Positions 17,467 to 27,611 of a DNA stretch of 64,000 bases are shown piece by piece. A program made the translations under genes and the position numbers. Below the pieces are notes generated by a model, which was given only the letters and a program-made list of their open reading frames with translations, was not told where the DNA came from and did not search any database. Location of the stretch: assembly GCA_050287085.1 (NCBI GenBank), contig JBNKBE010000001.1, positions 32,001-96,000 of the forward strand. Reading direction: 5' to 3'. Source of the DNA: Polyangiaceae bacterium. Its GTDB lineage: Bacteria > Myxococcota_A > Polyangia > Polyangiales > Polyangiaceae. Positions within the stretch are counted from its first letter, which is position 1. Each line of letters begins with the position of its first letter.

Positions 17467-20400
17467 ATGAAGCATTCGAAAACGACTCGCCCCGCACTGC
17501 TACTTCCCTGCGCCCTGCTCACCGGAGTCGCCACGCTCACGGCCTCATCAGCGCGAGCGCAAACCGATATCGAGAAGCCCCTTCCCAACGTTCTGCTGCT
17601 AGTAGACACCTCGGGCTCAATGGAGTTCACGACCAACGCCAATGTTCACCCGATATGCAACCCTGGTAACCCGAGTGCAACCAACGAGAAATCTCGCTGG
17701 ATCGATCTCGTGGAAGTCATGACGGGGTCGTTTCGTGACTACAGTTGCTTCGCCCAAGACCGATCGAGCGTGGGTTTCAAGACTGAGTTCGCCATCAATG
17801 GTCTGACGCCCTACGATTTTGGCTACATCAACCCCTATCACCGGCCCCTTAGCGGTGACTGTCTCGTGGGCCCCGGAGTGTTGCCCCCCTCTTCCGACCC
17901 GTTCTCTTATCCGGCGAAGGGAATCAACACCTTCTCTTTCTCAGCCCCCAACGTCGTAAGCCGTCCCGGGGACTTGACCACCTTCTCGGGCTGTGCCGCC
18001 TTCTCACAAGCTCAGGACGGACTGCTGGACATCTTCAAGGACAAGGTGCGCTTCGGATTGATGACGTTTGACACGCACGTCAGCGCGGGCACCGGCTTGG
18101 TGGGCAGCAACGCCGATTGGGCCAACGGCATGTCCGGTGCCTGGAGCTACTACGGAGGGCTATCCCCGGTCACCGGTCGCCCCGCAGGCTGCGAGACAAT
18201 GCAGACGCAGGAGGTCGGCGCGCGCAACGCAGCCGCTCCGCCATGGGAGGGCCGCATGGTAGCGTTTGGCAGCCCCAATGCCACAGGCCCCGAGCTAGAG
18301 CAGCGCAACGGCTACATTCAAGATGTCCTGCTTGCGACCCGCCCCTACGGAGCCACGCCGATTGCAGGCTTGCTCGACGACGCCCGGCGTTTTCTCTGGC
18401 AAGACGATACGCCCGACCCACTTTCGACGGGCACCCCTGTCGACGACTTTGGTCCCAAAGACGATCCGCAGACGCGCGCCGCCAACTGCCGTCGCAATAT
18501 CATCGTATTGCTCAGCGACGGCGAACCCAATTTGGACCTTCGACCACACTGTGAAGACACCGCGGCGGGGGGCGTTTGCCCCTACCAACGCCCCGAAGAC
18601 ATCGCCTACGCGCTACGACACAACCCGCTCAACGATCCGGATCAATACGTCGAGGTTGTGGTGATCGGCTTTGCCCTCGCCCGTGTGTCGCCCGGCGGCG
18701 GCCCCGAGATTGGCTGCGAGCAGCTCGACGCGTCCGCTTGCGCTACCTACCCCGACGATCGAGCTGTGCAAGCGTGCTGCACACTGAACAAGATTGCCGC
18801 TGCCGGAGGCTCGGCCATGTCCGATGGCAGCGCACGCAAGGCCTATTTCCCACAGACACGGCAAGAGCTACGCAGAACCTTCTCGGCCATCTTGAGCGAT
18901 CTGACCAATTCGTTGACCACTCGCACATCGACCGTGTTCAGCACCGTGTCAACGACCAGCATCGGGCGAGTGGAGCAATACGCCTCGGGCTTCGTGCCCG
19001 TCGCGGAAGAGCCGTGGCGCGGCAAGCTAACGAGAACACGCATCGAGTGCGAGAACGGGACCCCGGTTGAGCGCGCGGTCGATCGCACCGCCGGTGACGA
19101 CTTCGCCGCCAACGTCAACTCGGCCGCACCTACGACGAGAAAGTTCTTCACATTCATTCCAACGGATGTAGCAACCAAGGCGCGAGAAACGCTCCGTCCC
19201 AACGGAAGCGACGCGGACGGCCTGGGTGCCAAAACGGGCGACACCACGACGGGGCTGTCCCCCACCGCATTGGTAGACGCGGTCTCGGCAGAGCTGATGG
19301 AAGCATCCGGGTCCGACTGCGCAACGGGCACAACGTTGGGGTGCAAGCAAGCAGTGCTTGGCTGGACGGTAGGGCTGACCAATAGCGAGGGCGAGAGTCG
19401 GTGCTCAAACCCGGGTGCCGCAGACTGCAGCCTGCTCGGCGCCGTCTACCATTCTACGCCTCAGCTGGTACCAGGTAAACCGGACGCTGGAATTCGCGAC
19501 GAATCATACGAGGCCTTTGCTACCATGCAGGCCCGGGCGGAGCGGCCAAGCGTGCTCTACACCTCGACCATCGACGGCATGTTGCACGCATTCAAGACCG
19601 GGCCTCATACCCCGGGCGGCACAGGCGAAGTCAACACACTTGCTAACAACGAGCTCTGGTCCTTCTTGCCCCCAGCCGTACTCCCACTGCTGCCCGTGCA
19701 ATACCCCAACACGCCGGCGACACTGCTCGACGGAACCCCCGTGATCGCAGATGTGCCCAAGGAGGGAACTGCCTTCACGCGCTCGGGCTCGGCGCCCTCC
19801 GCCACAGCTACCTGGGCGACCGTGCTGGTACAAGGCTTTGGCAATGGTCAGATCGATGGGGGGTATTTCGCCCTCGACGTCACCCTCCCCGACACTCCGG
19901 CAGACGGCACCCTAGGCGCTGGGGGACCGAAGCTCTTATGGCAGCTAACGCGGGACGCTGCGAACAACCGCCTCTTCGGCAACGGCGGCACCCCGCTTGT
20001 CACCAACGTATACGCCAGGCCCCAAGGCTCGCTCGAAACGAAGCAAATTGCGGTAGCAGTACTGCCAGGAGGTGAACTCGGTTCGCGCTCCGGCACTGCC
20101 GTCGGACCTGGCCCCTTCCTATCTCCGCTCTCAATCGACCCCGCGTTTCAACCGGGCAACGTAAGCAGCTACACGGGCTCGGTCGAGGCGCGAACCTTGA
20201 CGATCGTCCGACTCGACACCGGGGAAATCTTGCGGACCTTCCGCTCGGAAGCCCCCACCAATGCCATCAGCGCTAGCGTCACCACGATCGTCGATATCCC
20301 AGCGCCGCTTTCGGGTGTACCCGCTGCCTTCCCCGGCAGCCCGGGTACGTCGGCCGATCGCATCTTTGTGGGGGACGCTGAAGGACGGGTGTGGCGTGTC

Positions 20401-21204
20401 GATGTCTCCAATAAGGATCCCGCGGCGTGGACGATGAAGGTATTTGCCGATGCCTACGTTGGCATTTCCGACCCGCAGAAGCGCCAACCGATTCAGACGG
20501 CGCCCGTGCTGAGCATCGACGACTTGGGTCGTGTGACGCTGGCGGTCGCTACTGGCGATCAGGGTATTCAGACCGTGGGCACAGACATGCTCAATCGCGT
20601 CATATCCGTCACGGAAGTCCAGGACGACACCCACGCTTTCCGGACGCAATACAACTGGATCCAGTCGCTTGGATGCGCTGGAACCTGCGGCGTCGATCAA
20701 TACATCGGGGAACGCGTCACGGGGCCCCTGACGCTCTTCGGTGGCACCTTGTACTTTGCAACGAGTAGCCCGGGGCAAGCGTCGACATCCACTTGCAACG
20801 TTGGTACGTCGCGGATCTGGGGTGTGCACTACACGCGCAACGCCGATGAGGCGGCAGCAAACCCCACAATCGACCCATTCAATGGTCCGGCAGGTCAGCT
20901 ACCGTCGGCTTCGACCCCGCTACCCAAGGCGCTACCGCCCGAAGACGGCATCATTTTCGGCGTGGGGATCCAACAACAACCCACCTGCGCATCCGTTTCA
21001 GAGACATTTAGCGGTGACCCATACCTAGGCGGCTACGGCACTCATCATACGTTTACAGACGTGACCCCTGGAAGCTTTCAACTCGTCTACCAAGTAGGTG
21101 GCGTGACCGCAGCAACCGAAAGCAAAGTCACGACAAACGCGGTAACGCTTCAACCGCCCAAGACGCCGGTCTTCTTCAACTCATGGTCGCGGGTTTACGA
21201 ATGA
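17467..21204 (+). CDS. pilY1: PilY1/PilC type IV pilus tip adhesin (vWA-like N-terminus plus beta-propeller)
   Basis: Signal peptide; MIDAS-like LLVDTSGSM, GATPI, LLSDGEPN; PilY1 motifs LGAVYHSTP, DGMLHAF, ELWSFLP, DGTPVIAD, IFVGDAEGRVWRVD. Confidence 0.9.
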   Translation: MKHSKTTRPALLLPCALLTGVATLTASSARAQTDIEKPLPNVLLLVDTSGSMEFTTNANVHPICNPGNPSATNEKSRWIDLVEVMTGSFRDYSCFAQDRSSVGFKTEFAINGLTPYDFGYINPYHRPLSGDCLVGPGVLPPSSDPFSYPAKGINTFSFSAPNVVSRPGDLTTFSGCAAFSQAQDGLLDIFKDKVRFGLMTFDTHVSAGTGLVGSNADWANGMSGAWSYYGGLSPVTGRPAGCETMQTQEVGARNAAAPPWEGRMVAFGSPNATGPELEQRNGYIQDVLLATRPYGATPIAGLLDDARRFLWQDDTPDPLSTGTPVDDFGPKDDPQTRAANCRRNIIVLLSDGEPNLDLRPHCEDTAAGGVCPYQRPEDIAYALRHNPLNDPDQYVEVVVIGFALARVSPGGGPEIGCEQLDASACATYPDDRAVQACCTLNKIAAAGGSAMSDGSARKAYFPQTRQELRRTFSAILSDLTNSLTTRTSTVFSTVSTTSIGRVEQYASGFVPVAEEPWRGKLTRTRIECENGTPVERAVDRTAGDDFAANVNSAAPTTRKFFTFIPTDVATKARETLRPNGSDADGLGAKTGDTTTGLSPTALVDAVSAELMEASGSDCATGTTLGCKQAVLGWTVGLTNSEGESRCSNPGAADCSLLGAVYHSTPQLVPGKPDAGIRDESYEAFATMQARAERPSVLYTSTIDGMLHAFKTGPHTPGGTGEVNTLANNELWSFLPPAVLPLLPVQYPNTPATLLDGTPVIADVPKEGTAFTRSGSAPSATATWATVLVQGFGNGQIDGGYFALDVTLPDTPADGTLGAGGPKLLWQLTRDAANNRLFGNGGTPLVTNVYARPQGSLETKQIAVAVLPGGELGSRSGTAVGPGPFLSPLSIDPAFQPGNVSSYTGSVEARTLTIVRLDTGEILRTFRSEAPTNAISASVTTIVDIPAPLSGVPAAFPGSPGTSADRIFVGDAEGRVWRVDVSNKDPAAWTMKVFADAYVGISDPQKRQPIQTAPVLSIDDLGRVTLAVATGDQGIQTVGTDMLNRVISVTEVQDDTHAFRTQYNWIQSLGCAGTCGVDQYIGERVTGPLTLFGGTLYFATSSPGQASTSTCNVGTSRIWGVHYTRNADEAAANPTIDPFNGPAGQLPSASTPLPKALPPEDGIIFGVGIQQQPTCASVSETFSGDPYLGGYGTHHTFTDVTPGSFQLVYQVGGVTAATESKVTTNAVTLQPPKTPVFFNSWSRVYE

Positions 21205-21707
21205 ACAGGTTCTGGTTGGCGGCGTGGCTCACCGCGGTCGGCATGACCGCGTGCGACCAGGACACATCCCAGCAGCTCGAACGCCGGGCGAAGGACCTGC
21301 GCGGTGCCGATCGCATCCACTCCGATGAGCCACGCCCCGGACGCGAGAAGGTGTTTGCGTTGGATGTTCCCCCCGAGCTCAAGGTGACGGCCCGATTTGC
21401 CGACCGCGCTCAACTCAGCGCGCGTCTGCCCCTGGCGGACGTCAGCGCCTTGATTCAGGAACAGCTCACGAGCGGGCCACCACACCTAGAAGGAAACAGC
21501 CTGGTCTTCTCCGCGGCGCGCTTCAAGAATGACTCAGACAAGCGACAGTATCGCATCGTTGTCACGGAGCGCCTCGGACGCTGCGACGTGCTGCTGGCCG
21601 ACGAAACGCCCCCTCCTGTCACCCAGGGTCTGAGCAATGAGGAGCGCTGGCAGCGCGCCGGACGCAATCCCGACGGTACCCAGAAGAACCGCCTGCAGAT
21701 CTACTAG
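21201..21707 (+). CDS. Hypothetical lipoprotein, last gene of the pilin operon
   Basis: Lipobox GMTAC; ATGA overlap with the pilY1 stop. Confidence 0.75.
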   Translation: MNRFWLAAWLTAVGMTACDQDTSQQLERRAKDLRGADRIHSDEPRPGREKVFALDVPPELKVTARFADRAQLSARLPLADVSALIQEQLTSGPPHLEGNSLVFSAARFKNDSDKRQYRIVVTERLGRCDVLLADETPPPVTQGLSNEERWQRAGRNPDGTQKNRLQIY

Positions 21708-21740
21708 GCAGCCTGCTGACCGAAACACAGCCCCCAATAG

Positions 21741-21773
21741 ACAACAGGCGACTCCCTGAGCCGCCTGTTGTTT
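21741..21773. terminator. Hairpin between convergent genes (probable intrinsic terminator)
   Basis: ACAACAGGCG...CGCCTGTTGT followed by TT. Confidence 0.6.
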
Positions 21774-21846
21774 CAGAACGTCCACCTCGAGGACGTCAGA
21801 AGCCCGATGACCCGCGCCGTGGCCGGCACCGGGCTTCTTGCCGATA

Positions 21847-22992
21847 CTACATGCCCGCGCCGCCCGCTTCGACAGCGCCAGCCGCGCCGCCTTCACCAGC
21901 CGCGCCGCCTTCACCTGCTGCGCCGCCTTCACCAGCCGCGCCGCCCGCGCCAGCCGCGCCGCCCGCGCCAGCTGCGCCGCCTTCACCTGCTGCGCCGCCT
22001 GCGCCAGCTGCGCCGCCTGCGCCACCCGCGCCGCCTGCTCCGCCTGCGCCGCCATTGGGGTCAACCAGCGGCGTCAACGCAACCGGCGCGCCGTTTGCGT
22101 CAACCCACTGCAAGTTGCTGATGCAAAACTCGTAGGGAGCGGAAGTCTCGGTAGCATTGTCCGCCTGGAAGATGAGCGTCCTGATCTTCGATGTATCGAA
22201 GACCGTGTCCTTGGGTGGATCCCCCTCGTTCCACCCGGGTTGGCTGAACTCGCTGAACATCGCCGTCACCGTCTCATCTTTGGTGGAGGCTTTGGGCGCG
22301 CTGCCACCGCGTACAAACGGGTGCTTCTCGAAGTCGTAGGTGCCGTCGCTCACGGTGCCAATTTGGACGCGAACGGCGCGTGCGTACTTGCCAGCAGCGT
22401 CCAAGGTGCAGCTTTCAACGTCGAACTTCACGCCGGCAACCCCTGCCGCGTCCGCATCAAATGCCACGTCCCCCGCCGCCATCTGCGCGCCGAGCAGGGC
22501 GCCCCAATTGGCATAGGTCATGTCGCTCGCGTCCGCGGCCACGCCGTAGAGACACACCTTGCCGGCCTCTGGGGACTCAGCGCAGCGTGTTGTTGCCGGA
22601 TCACCCGCGCCAAAAGTAGCCGTAACCCCGGTGTCGGCACCAAAGGCCGAAGCGTCCACGCTAACGACGTCTTCGCCCGTGTCGGCGCACGACGCGTGAG
22701 TGTATGGGCTGGTGCACGCGGGTGCGGGCGGCGCGCCCGCGGCTCCGCCACCAGCGCTGCCTGCCGTATTGCCCGTGCCCCCGGAGTTGGTGCCCGCAAT
22801 CGGAGCACCGCCGCTGGCGCCGCCGAGATTTGCCCCGCCGCTTGCCCCGGCGGCAGCCCCACCCGCGCCTCCGCCGTTGTTGTTATTCGGGGTGTTGCCG
22901 TCATCGCTGCAGCCGCTGAAGACAAGCGAGGCCGCCAATGCGCCGGTGGCGAGCACCGTCAGTTTTCCAAACCCAATTTCAACACTTTTCAT
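21847..22992 (-). CDS. Lipoprotein with Gly/Ala-rich linkers and a probable carbohydrate-binding (CBM11/galactose-binding-like) domain
   Basis: RBS GGAGG; lipobox LVFSGC; domain with FSEFSQPGW..FDTSKI..FQ..YEFCISNL. Domain identity is inferred. Confidence 0.7.
   Translation of the reverse strand: MKSVEIGFGKLTVLATGALAASLVFSGCSDDGNTPNNNNGGGAGGAAAGASGGANLGGASGGAPIAGTNSGGTGNTAGSAGGGAAGAPPAPACTSPYTHASCADTGEDVVSVDASAFGADTGVTATFGAGDPATTRCAESPEAGKVCLYGVAADASDMTYANWGALLGAQMAAGDVAFDADAAGVAGVKFDVESCTLDAAGKYARAVRVQIGTVSDGTYDFEKHPFVRGGSAPKASTKDETVTAMFSEFSQPGWNEGDPPKDTVFDTSKIRTLIFQADNATETSAPYEFCISNLQWVDANGAPVALTPLVDPNGGAGGAGGAGGAGGAAGAGGAAGEGGAAGAGGAAGAGGAAGEGGAAGEGGAAGEGGAAGAVEAGGAGM
21868..22050. repeat. 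Coding repeat AG[EA]GGA (about 18 bp) at the lipoprotein C-terminus
   Basis: Degenerate CCAGCCGCGCCGCCTTCA units. Confidence 0.8.
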
Positions 22993-23143
22993 GATTAAGT
23001 TATCCTCCGAATAGCCCACGATCTGCCGGAGCCGCTGAATGCGGAACGTTAGCACGATGGCTGAAGTGCTGGATGCACCACCGTCGGGCGCCGAGCTGCT
23101 TCGGCCACGGAGCTTGTTTACGCAACGCTAGCCCGGAAGCGTC

Positions 23144-23734
23144 TCACACGCGCTCGAAACAGAGACAAAAATTGTTGGCGGGCATGGCGATCCGCTGTCG
23201 CAGTACAAAACCGCTCCGCTCCGCCTCAGCGCGAACATCCCCTAGATCGCGCACGCCCCATTCTGGGTTCCGGCCGATCAACCATTGCTCGAATTGCTCA
23301 TTGCTGGGCGCCGTATGCAGGCCATCGATGCGATAGGGACCGTAGGTCACGAGCGGCGCGCCCGATACCAACACGCGGGCGGCCCCCGAGAACAAGCCGT
23401 GGCAGGCGGCCCACGGCGCAATATGCAACATATTGGCGCAGAAAAGCGCATCAAAGCGAGCCGCGGGCCACTCTCCGCAGACGTCGAGCCGGAGCGGCTC
23501 CGCTATGTTGGGCAACCCGGCCTCTAGACTCCACTCCCGGATGCTCGCCAGGGCTTCCTCGGTCGGATCCGACGGTTGCCAGCGCCAACCCGGCTCCTGG
23601 GCAGCCATAAAGACCGCGTGCTGACCACTGCCGGAGGCAACCTCCAGAACTTGCCCTCGGGCAGGAAAGACCTGGCGCAGGACTTCAAGAATGGGTTCGC
23701 GGTTTCGCTCGGTCGCGGGCGCGTGCTGACGCAT
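23144..23734 (-). CDS. DUF938 family SAM-dependent methyltransferase
   Basis: APATERNREPIL, VLEVASGSGQHA, WQPSD, NMLHIAPW, YGPY, SNEQF, WGVRD, MPANN. Confidence 0.9.
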   Translation of the reverse strand: MRQHAPATERNREPILEVLRQVFPARGQVLEVASGSGQHAVFMAAQEPGWRWQPSDPTEEALASIREWSLEAGLPNIAEPLRLDVCGEWPAARFDALFCANMLHIAPWAACHGLFSGAARVLVSGAPLVTYGPYRIDGLHTAPSNEQFEQWLIGRNPEWGVRDLGDVRAEAERSGFVLRQRIAMPANNFCLCFERV

Positions 23735-23838
23735 TCAAACACGATAGCAGACCCCCATTGAACGCAAGCACCCGATCTCAATGTTCCCCCGCTCCGGCAC
23801 CCCCTTCTCCCTTGTACTGCCCCCCGAGCCGGGACGCC

Positions 23839-26800
23839 CTAGAACTCGCGGCAATCGCCGTAGGCGCTCTCGCTCCGGAAAGGATGGGGCCGCGCTTGTT
23901 TGAATACGAGTCGTCGGCGGGGCTCATCAACCAGCTTGAACTCGCTCTCGATGGCAAACCACGGGTCACGGCGCTCTGGGTCCAGCTTCGGGCGAAACCA
24001 GTTGTGAAAGGTCTGCAGCGCACACGCAAGCGCCTCGACCTCATCAAAGCTGAGTACGTGCTCGCCGTGTTGCAACAGCGCGGGCAGCAGAGAGCTGCTT
24101 GATTCGTAGAGGATCCGCGGAGTGCGACGCCATTGGTACAGCAGTTGCTCCGTAGTAACACCCGGCGCCGGATTGGTGACGCTAGCCTCCCCGGCCTGCA
24201 CATTGACGTAGTAGATGTCGCCGCGAATCGGATCGAGGACGTTGCGACTGACCCCTACGCCATTGGCCGCCTCCGAGAGAAACGCGCCGTGAATGAGCAC
24301 CCCCATGGCAACACTGGTATTGTCGACGCCACCATAGACGCGCTCATCAAACGCGCGCGGGTTCCACAAGCTCGCCCACACCGTTCGCAACGCATCGTCC
24401 ACGCGGCGCCCGTTGTCCCCCACTTGCGCGCTGGTTGACGTGTAGAGTCCTGCTCCGTTGAAGGTCGGCAGATCTTCGGTATTGCTACTGCTGCGGAAAC
24501 GGACGCGTGCCTCGCCGAAGTGCTCGGCCACCGCCTGTTCTAAAGACGAGAGCAACTCGGCGTCGACGGGATGCTTCAGGATGCGCTCCTGGAGCAGCAA
24601 GAGCTGCTCCGCCCGCGCCAGCGGATCGCTTCCAAAGGCCGCGTCCGACTCGAGCTCCCGGAGCAAAGCTTCTGCGCCGCTGGTGCGGAAGTGCTCCAAA
24701 TAGTGAACAACCGGCACCGCAAGCGGCGACGCCGGCAAGTCCGGAAGCCCAAAGTGCACGCACTCTGCCGGCACCTTATTCACCCGCAGCAACTCCGCCA
24801 TCTGAGCGGCTTTGGCGCCGACGGCGGGCAAACTCGTCAGGTCATGCTCGCTGAGCTCCACCACACCACGCACCGTTGTATCAAGGGGAGGAACAAAGGA
24901 CGCCTGCGTTGGTCGCACCTGCTGCCAATACGCCGTCGCCGCCTCGGGTGTTGTGCGCTCGACCCTTAGCTCCGCGGAGGCAACCTCCAAGCGAACAAGC
25001 TCCCCGATGTGCTCCTGCAGCATCTCGCGAGCGTCGCGCAGCGCGGCATTGGGCGTTCCGCGGTTCATCGACAATACGTTGACGTGAGCCAGTGGCGTCT
25101 GAAAAGCCTCAGTCACGAGTCCGCCGACGAAGGGGATGTCGTTCGGCACATCGTCGGTGAGGAGAATGATGTCTGGCCCTAGCGACGCAGCGGAAAGCTC
25201 GGACGCGGGCACGAAGCGCAGCGTGCCGTACGCAACGCCCTCGGTCAGCGGCTGGTAGGTAACCCCAACAAAAGGGGCGTTCGGTGCCACGATCGGCGCC
25301 TGAGCCCCTTGCCCTTGGAGCTGCGCCACCTGTGCGTCATCTTGGGGGCGTAGCACCCAGCGCGTGGGGTCCAGGGTATGGGGCAGCACCGACCAATAAG
25401 CTCTCACCATTTGGTCCCCGTTGATCTTATCGCCGAAGGCGTATTCCACGGCGGAGATGTCGGCCCCCCCATGAAGAGACAAGGTACCCAGCAGGAAACG
25501 GCGCGCATCCTCGGTCTCGAAGTACTCCTGCTCTGAGAACGCATACCACCCCCGGGTAAATTCCGCATTTTGCTGAGGGTCACAGCGATCGAGAGGCGGC
25601 TCGCGATAGATCTGCTCACGGATGAATGTGTAGTGAAGGGGCCAAGCCGCAGAACTGAGAAGATGCACCGCGCCCGGTGCAGCCTGGTCAAGCACGAACT
25701 TCACAGCGTCAATGCCTACGTCGGATTCACCTGCAGACAACGCCGAGAAATCGGAGGGCGTGCGCAAGTACCGAACGCGATCCCCTACGTCTCGAGAGCG
25801 AAGGGGCTCACATCGGTTTTTCTTCTGCAAGGTTTCGTTGGTGCAATAAACCCATTGCGGCTCGCCGTCGGTCGGGCGGGCGAGAAAGGTGCCTTTCGGC
25901 CAGCGCATGAAGTCCACGCGGTCGACCGAGGCGCCATCGCTCTCAAACAGTGTCGCAACACCTTCAAAAGCCGGGCTCTTGTCCAAGGATTGTAGACTCG
26001 CTTCCGGCACCGTCACCAGCGCACGCTCCCCCGGCTGCAGTTCACCCTCAGGCAGCGTCAGCTGCCCCCCCTCGGAGAGCAGCGGCCAGGCTTGGTCGGG
26101 AGCCAGGGACCGCAGTGTGAGCGCATACTCAGACAAGTCCACCGCCTTTTTGCCGGCGTTGTAGAGCTCGATGCGCGCCGGAGCGCTGCGCAGCGCAAGT
26201 TCGTTGAGCACCAAGTGTCGCGGGCGGGGGGGGTATTGCGCGGGCCAGTCAAAGGGCTCGAAAACAGCATCCGGAGGAGAGTCCAAAGGTTCCGGCGGCA
26301 GACAAGCGGGCCCATTCTTTCGCCCCGGCGAAGCGTAGCGACAGCGCAGCCAGCCCCCGTCCGACTCAAAACGCGCCCAACTTGCATTGGGCAAAAGCGC
26401 CCCAAAGCTCGTTTCATCGACGCGTGTTGATCCGTGATAGAGCAACACGCGGTCGCCCTTGGAACTCAGCTTGAAAGGAAGATGGCGCGGGCCCTGCTCC
26501 GGCTGCGAGTCAGCGAAAAGCACAATCGCTCCGCCCGGTGCTAGCGTTCTGTCGGGCAAGCTGCGACGCGCTCCGAGGCCGTCACCCAGCGCGTAGCCAG
26601 CGAGCGCAATCGAGGCCTCCCCATAGTTGGTCAGCTCGATCCAATCTTCCGCCTCTCCCCACTCGTCGATCCACGCCCCCTCGTTGTCGGCCATCAGTTC
26701 GCTCAGCCTAAGCGCAGTGGCCAGGCCGCCGTCAGCGAGCCCTCCGTCCGGAGGGGTGGACGCGTCGTTGTGCCACTGTGAGCCAGGTGCGTTGCACGCG

Positions 26801-26868
26801 ACTGCACCCGCGCCCAAGAGCGAGACGCCCGCCACGCTTAGAGTGGCTATAAAATCACGCAATTTCAT
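23839..26868 (-). CDS. Lipoprotein: two lamin tail domains, phospho-His swivel-like domain, PEP/pyruvate-binding (ATP-grasp) dikinase domain
   Basis: Lipobox AGAVAC; LTD motifs LSELMADN..EDWIELTN and LNELAL..IELYNAG; GLVTEAFQTPLAHVNVLSMNRGTPN; VGAKAAQM, RFRSSSNTEDLPTFNGAGLYTS, VWASLWN.RA, ESEFK. Confidence 0.85.
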   Translation of the reverse strand: MKLRDFIATLSVAGVSLLGAGAVACNAPGSQWHNDASTPPDGGLADGGLATALRLSELMADNEGAWIDEWGEAEDWIELTNYGEASIALAGYALGDGLGARRSLPDRTLAPGGAIVLFADSQPEQGPRHLPFKLSSKGDRVLLYHGSTRVDETSFGALLPNASWARFESDGGWLRCRYASPGRKNGPACLPPEPLDSPPDAVFEPFDWPAQYPPRPRHLVLNELALRSAPARIELYNAGKKAVDLSEYALTLRSLAPDQAWPLLSEGGQLTLPEGELQPGERALVTVPEASLQSLDKSPAFEGVATLFESDGASVDRVDFMRWPKGTFLARPTDGEPQWVYCTNETLQKKNRCEPLRSRDVGDRVRYLRTPSDFSALSAGESDVGIDAVKFVLDQAAPGAVHLLSSAAWPLHYTFIREQIYREPPLDRCDPQQNAEFTRGWYAFSEQEYFETEDARRFLLGTLSLHGGADISAVEYAFGDKINGDQMVRAYWSVLPHTLDPTRWVLRPQDDAQVAQLQGQGAQAPIVAPNAPFVGVTYQPLTEGVAYGTLRFVPASELSAASLGPDIILLTDDVPNDIPFVGGLVTEAFQTPLAHVNVLSMNRGTPNAALRDAREMLQEHIGELVRLEVASAELRVERTTPEAATAYWQQVRPTQASFVPPLDTTVRGVVELSEHDLTSLPAVGAKAAQMAELLRVNKVPAECVHFGLPDLPASPLAVPVVHYLEHFRTSGAEALLRELESDAAFGSDPLARAEQLLLLQERILKHPVDAELLSSLEQAVAEHFGEARVRFRSSSNTEDLPTFNGAGLYTSTSAQVGDNGRRVDDALRTVWASLWNPRAFDERVYGGVDNTSVAMGVLIHGAFLSEAANGVGVSRNVLDPIRGDIYYVNVQAGEASVTNPAPGVTTEQLLYQWRRTPRILYESSSSLLPALLQHGEHVLSFDEVEALACALQTFHNWFRPKLDPERRDPWFAIESEFKLVDEPRRRLVFKQARPHPFRSESAYGDCREF

Positions 26869-26943
26869 CGATTTATCGGGTCCAAGGACCTCGCCCGAGC
26901 CGCGCCATGCGAGCACTTCGTCAAGACGCCAAGGACAACTGGG

Positions 26944-26959
26944 TACAAGAGCCGTGCCA
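26944..26959 (-). promoter_or_regulatory. Sigma54-like promoter upstream of the LTD-dikinase gene
   Basis: Minus strand reads TGGCACG-GCTC-TTGTA, one mismatch to TGGCACG-N4-TTGCW. Confidence 0.55.
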
Positions 26960-27059
26960 GCTTGAGCCGAAACTCCCGCGCCCGTGGGTCACAGGCCTTT
27001 GGGCGCGGACGCATCAGCCTCGACAGGCCCCGCCCGACGGCCCTGGGCTCGGAGCCACA

Positions 27060-27590
27060 TCAGCGGCGGTATTCGAGCGAGCGCAGGAAGGCCAACAAGG
27101 CGGCAAGCTGTTCCGGCGCGTTCAACAGGTCCGAAGCCGGCGGCATGGCAGGACTCTTGCCTACCGCAGCGCCTCCGCCGGTGATGACGCGGCGCAGCAT
27201 GTCGTCGCTCTGCCCCACGAGAAAAGCCGCCGCCGCGATGTCACGGGGGGGTGGCTGAAAGCTACGAGCCGCCGGTCCGTCGCCCCGCCCCCGTGGTCCG
27301 TGACAGGTCGCGCAACGCTGCTCGTAGATCCGTGCTCCAAGCGCGAGATCTGCGCGCTCGGTGAGCCCTGAGCCCACGCCTCGTGACCCCTCATCCGGCG
27401 CCGGTTCCAACTTGGAACAACCAAGGGACGCGCCGAGCGCCAGCAATGTGACCCCAAGCACCCTGTGGCTCCAAGCATCCAACGGTGCCCCAAGCACCCA
27501 ACGGTGCCCCAATGGACCTCGACTCAGCTGTTGTTCACTCGCAGCGAGCGCCACCGCTACGCGATAACGCAAGTGAACATCAAAACGCAA
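27060..27590 (-). CDS. Monoheme c-type cytochrome lipoprotein
   Basis: GARIYEQRCATCHG.RGRGDGP, PPRD, SPAMPP (distal Met); lipobox ASLGC; true start probably near 27494. Confidence 0.85.
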   Translation of the reverse strand: MRFDVHLRYRVAVALAASEQQLSRGPLGHRWVLGAPLDAWSHRVLGVTLLALGASLGCSKLEPAPDEGSRGVGSGLTERADLALGARIYEQRCATCHGPRGRGDGPAARSFQPPPRDIAAAAFLVGQSDDMLRRVITGGGAAVGKSPAMPPASDLLNAPEQLAALLAFLRSLEYRR

Positions 27591-27611
27591 GTCCCCAATG
27601 ATGATGGGCTT

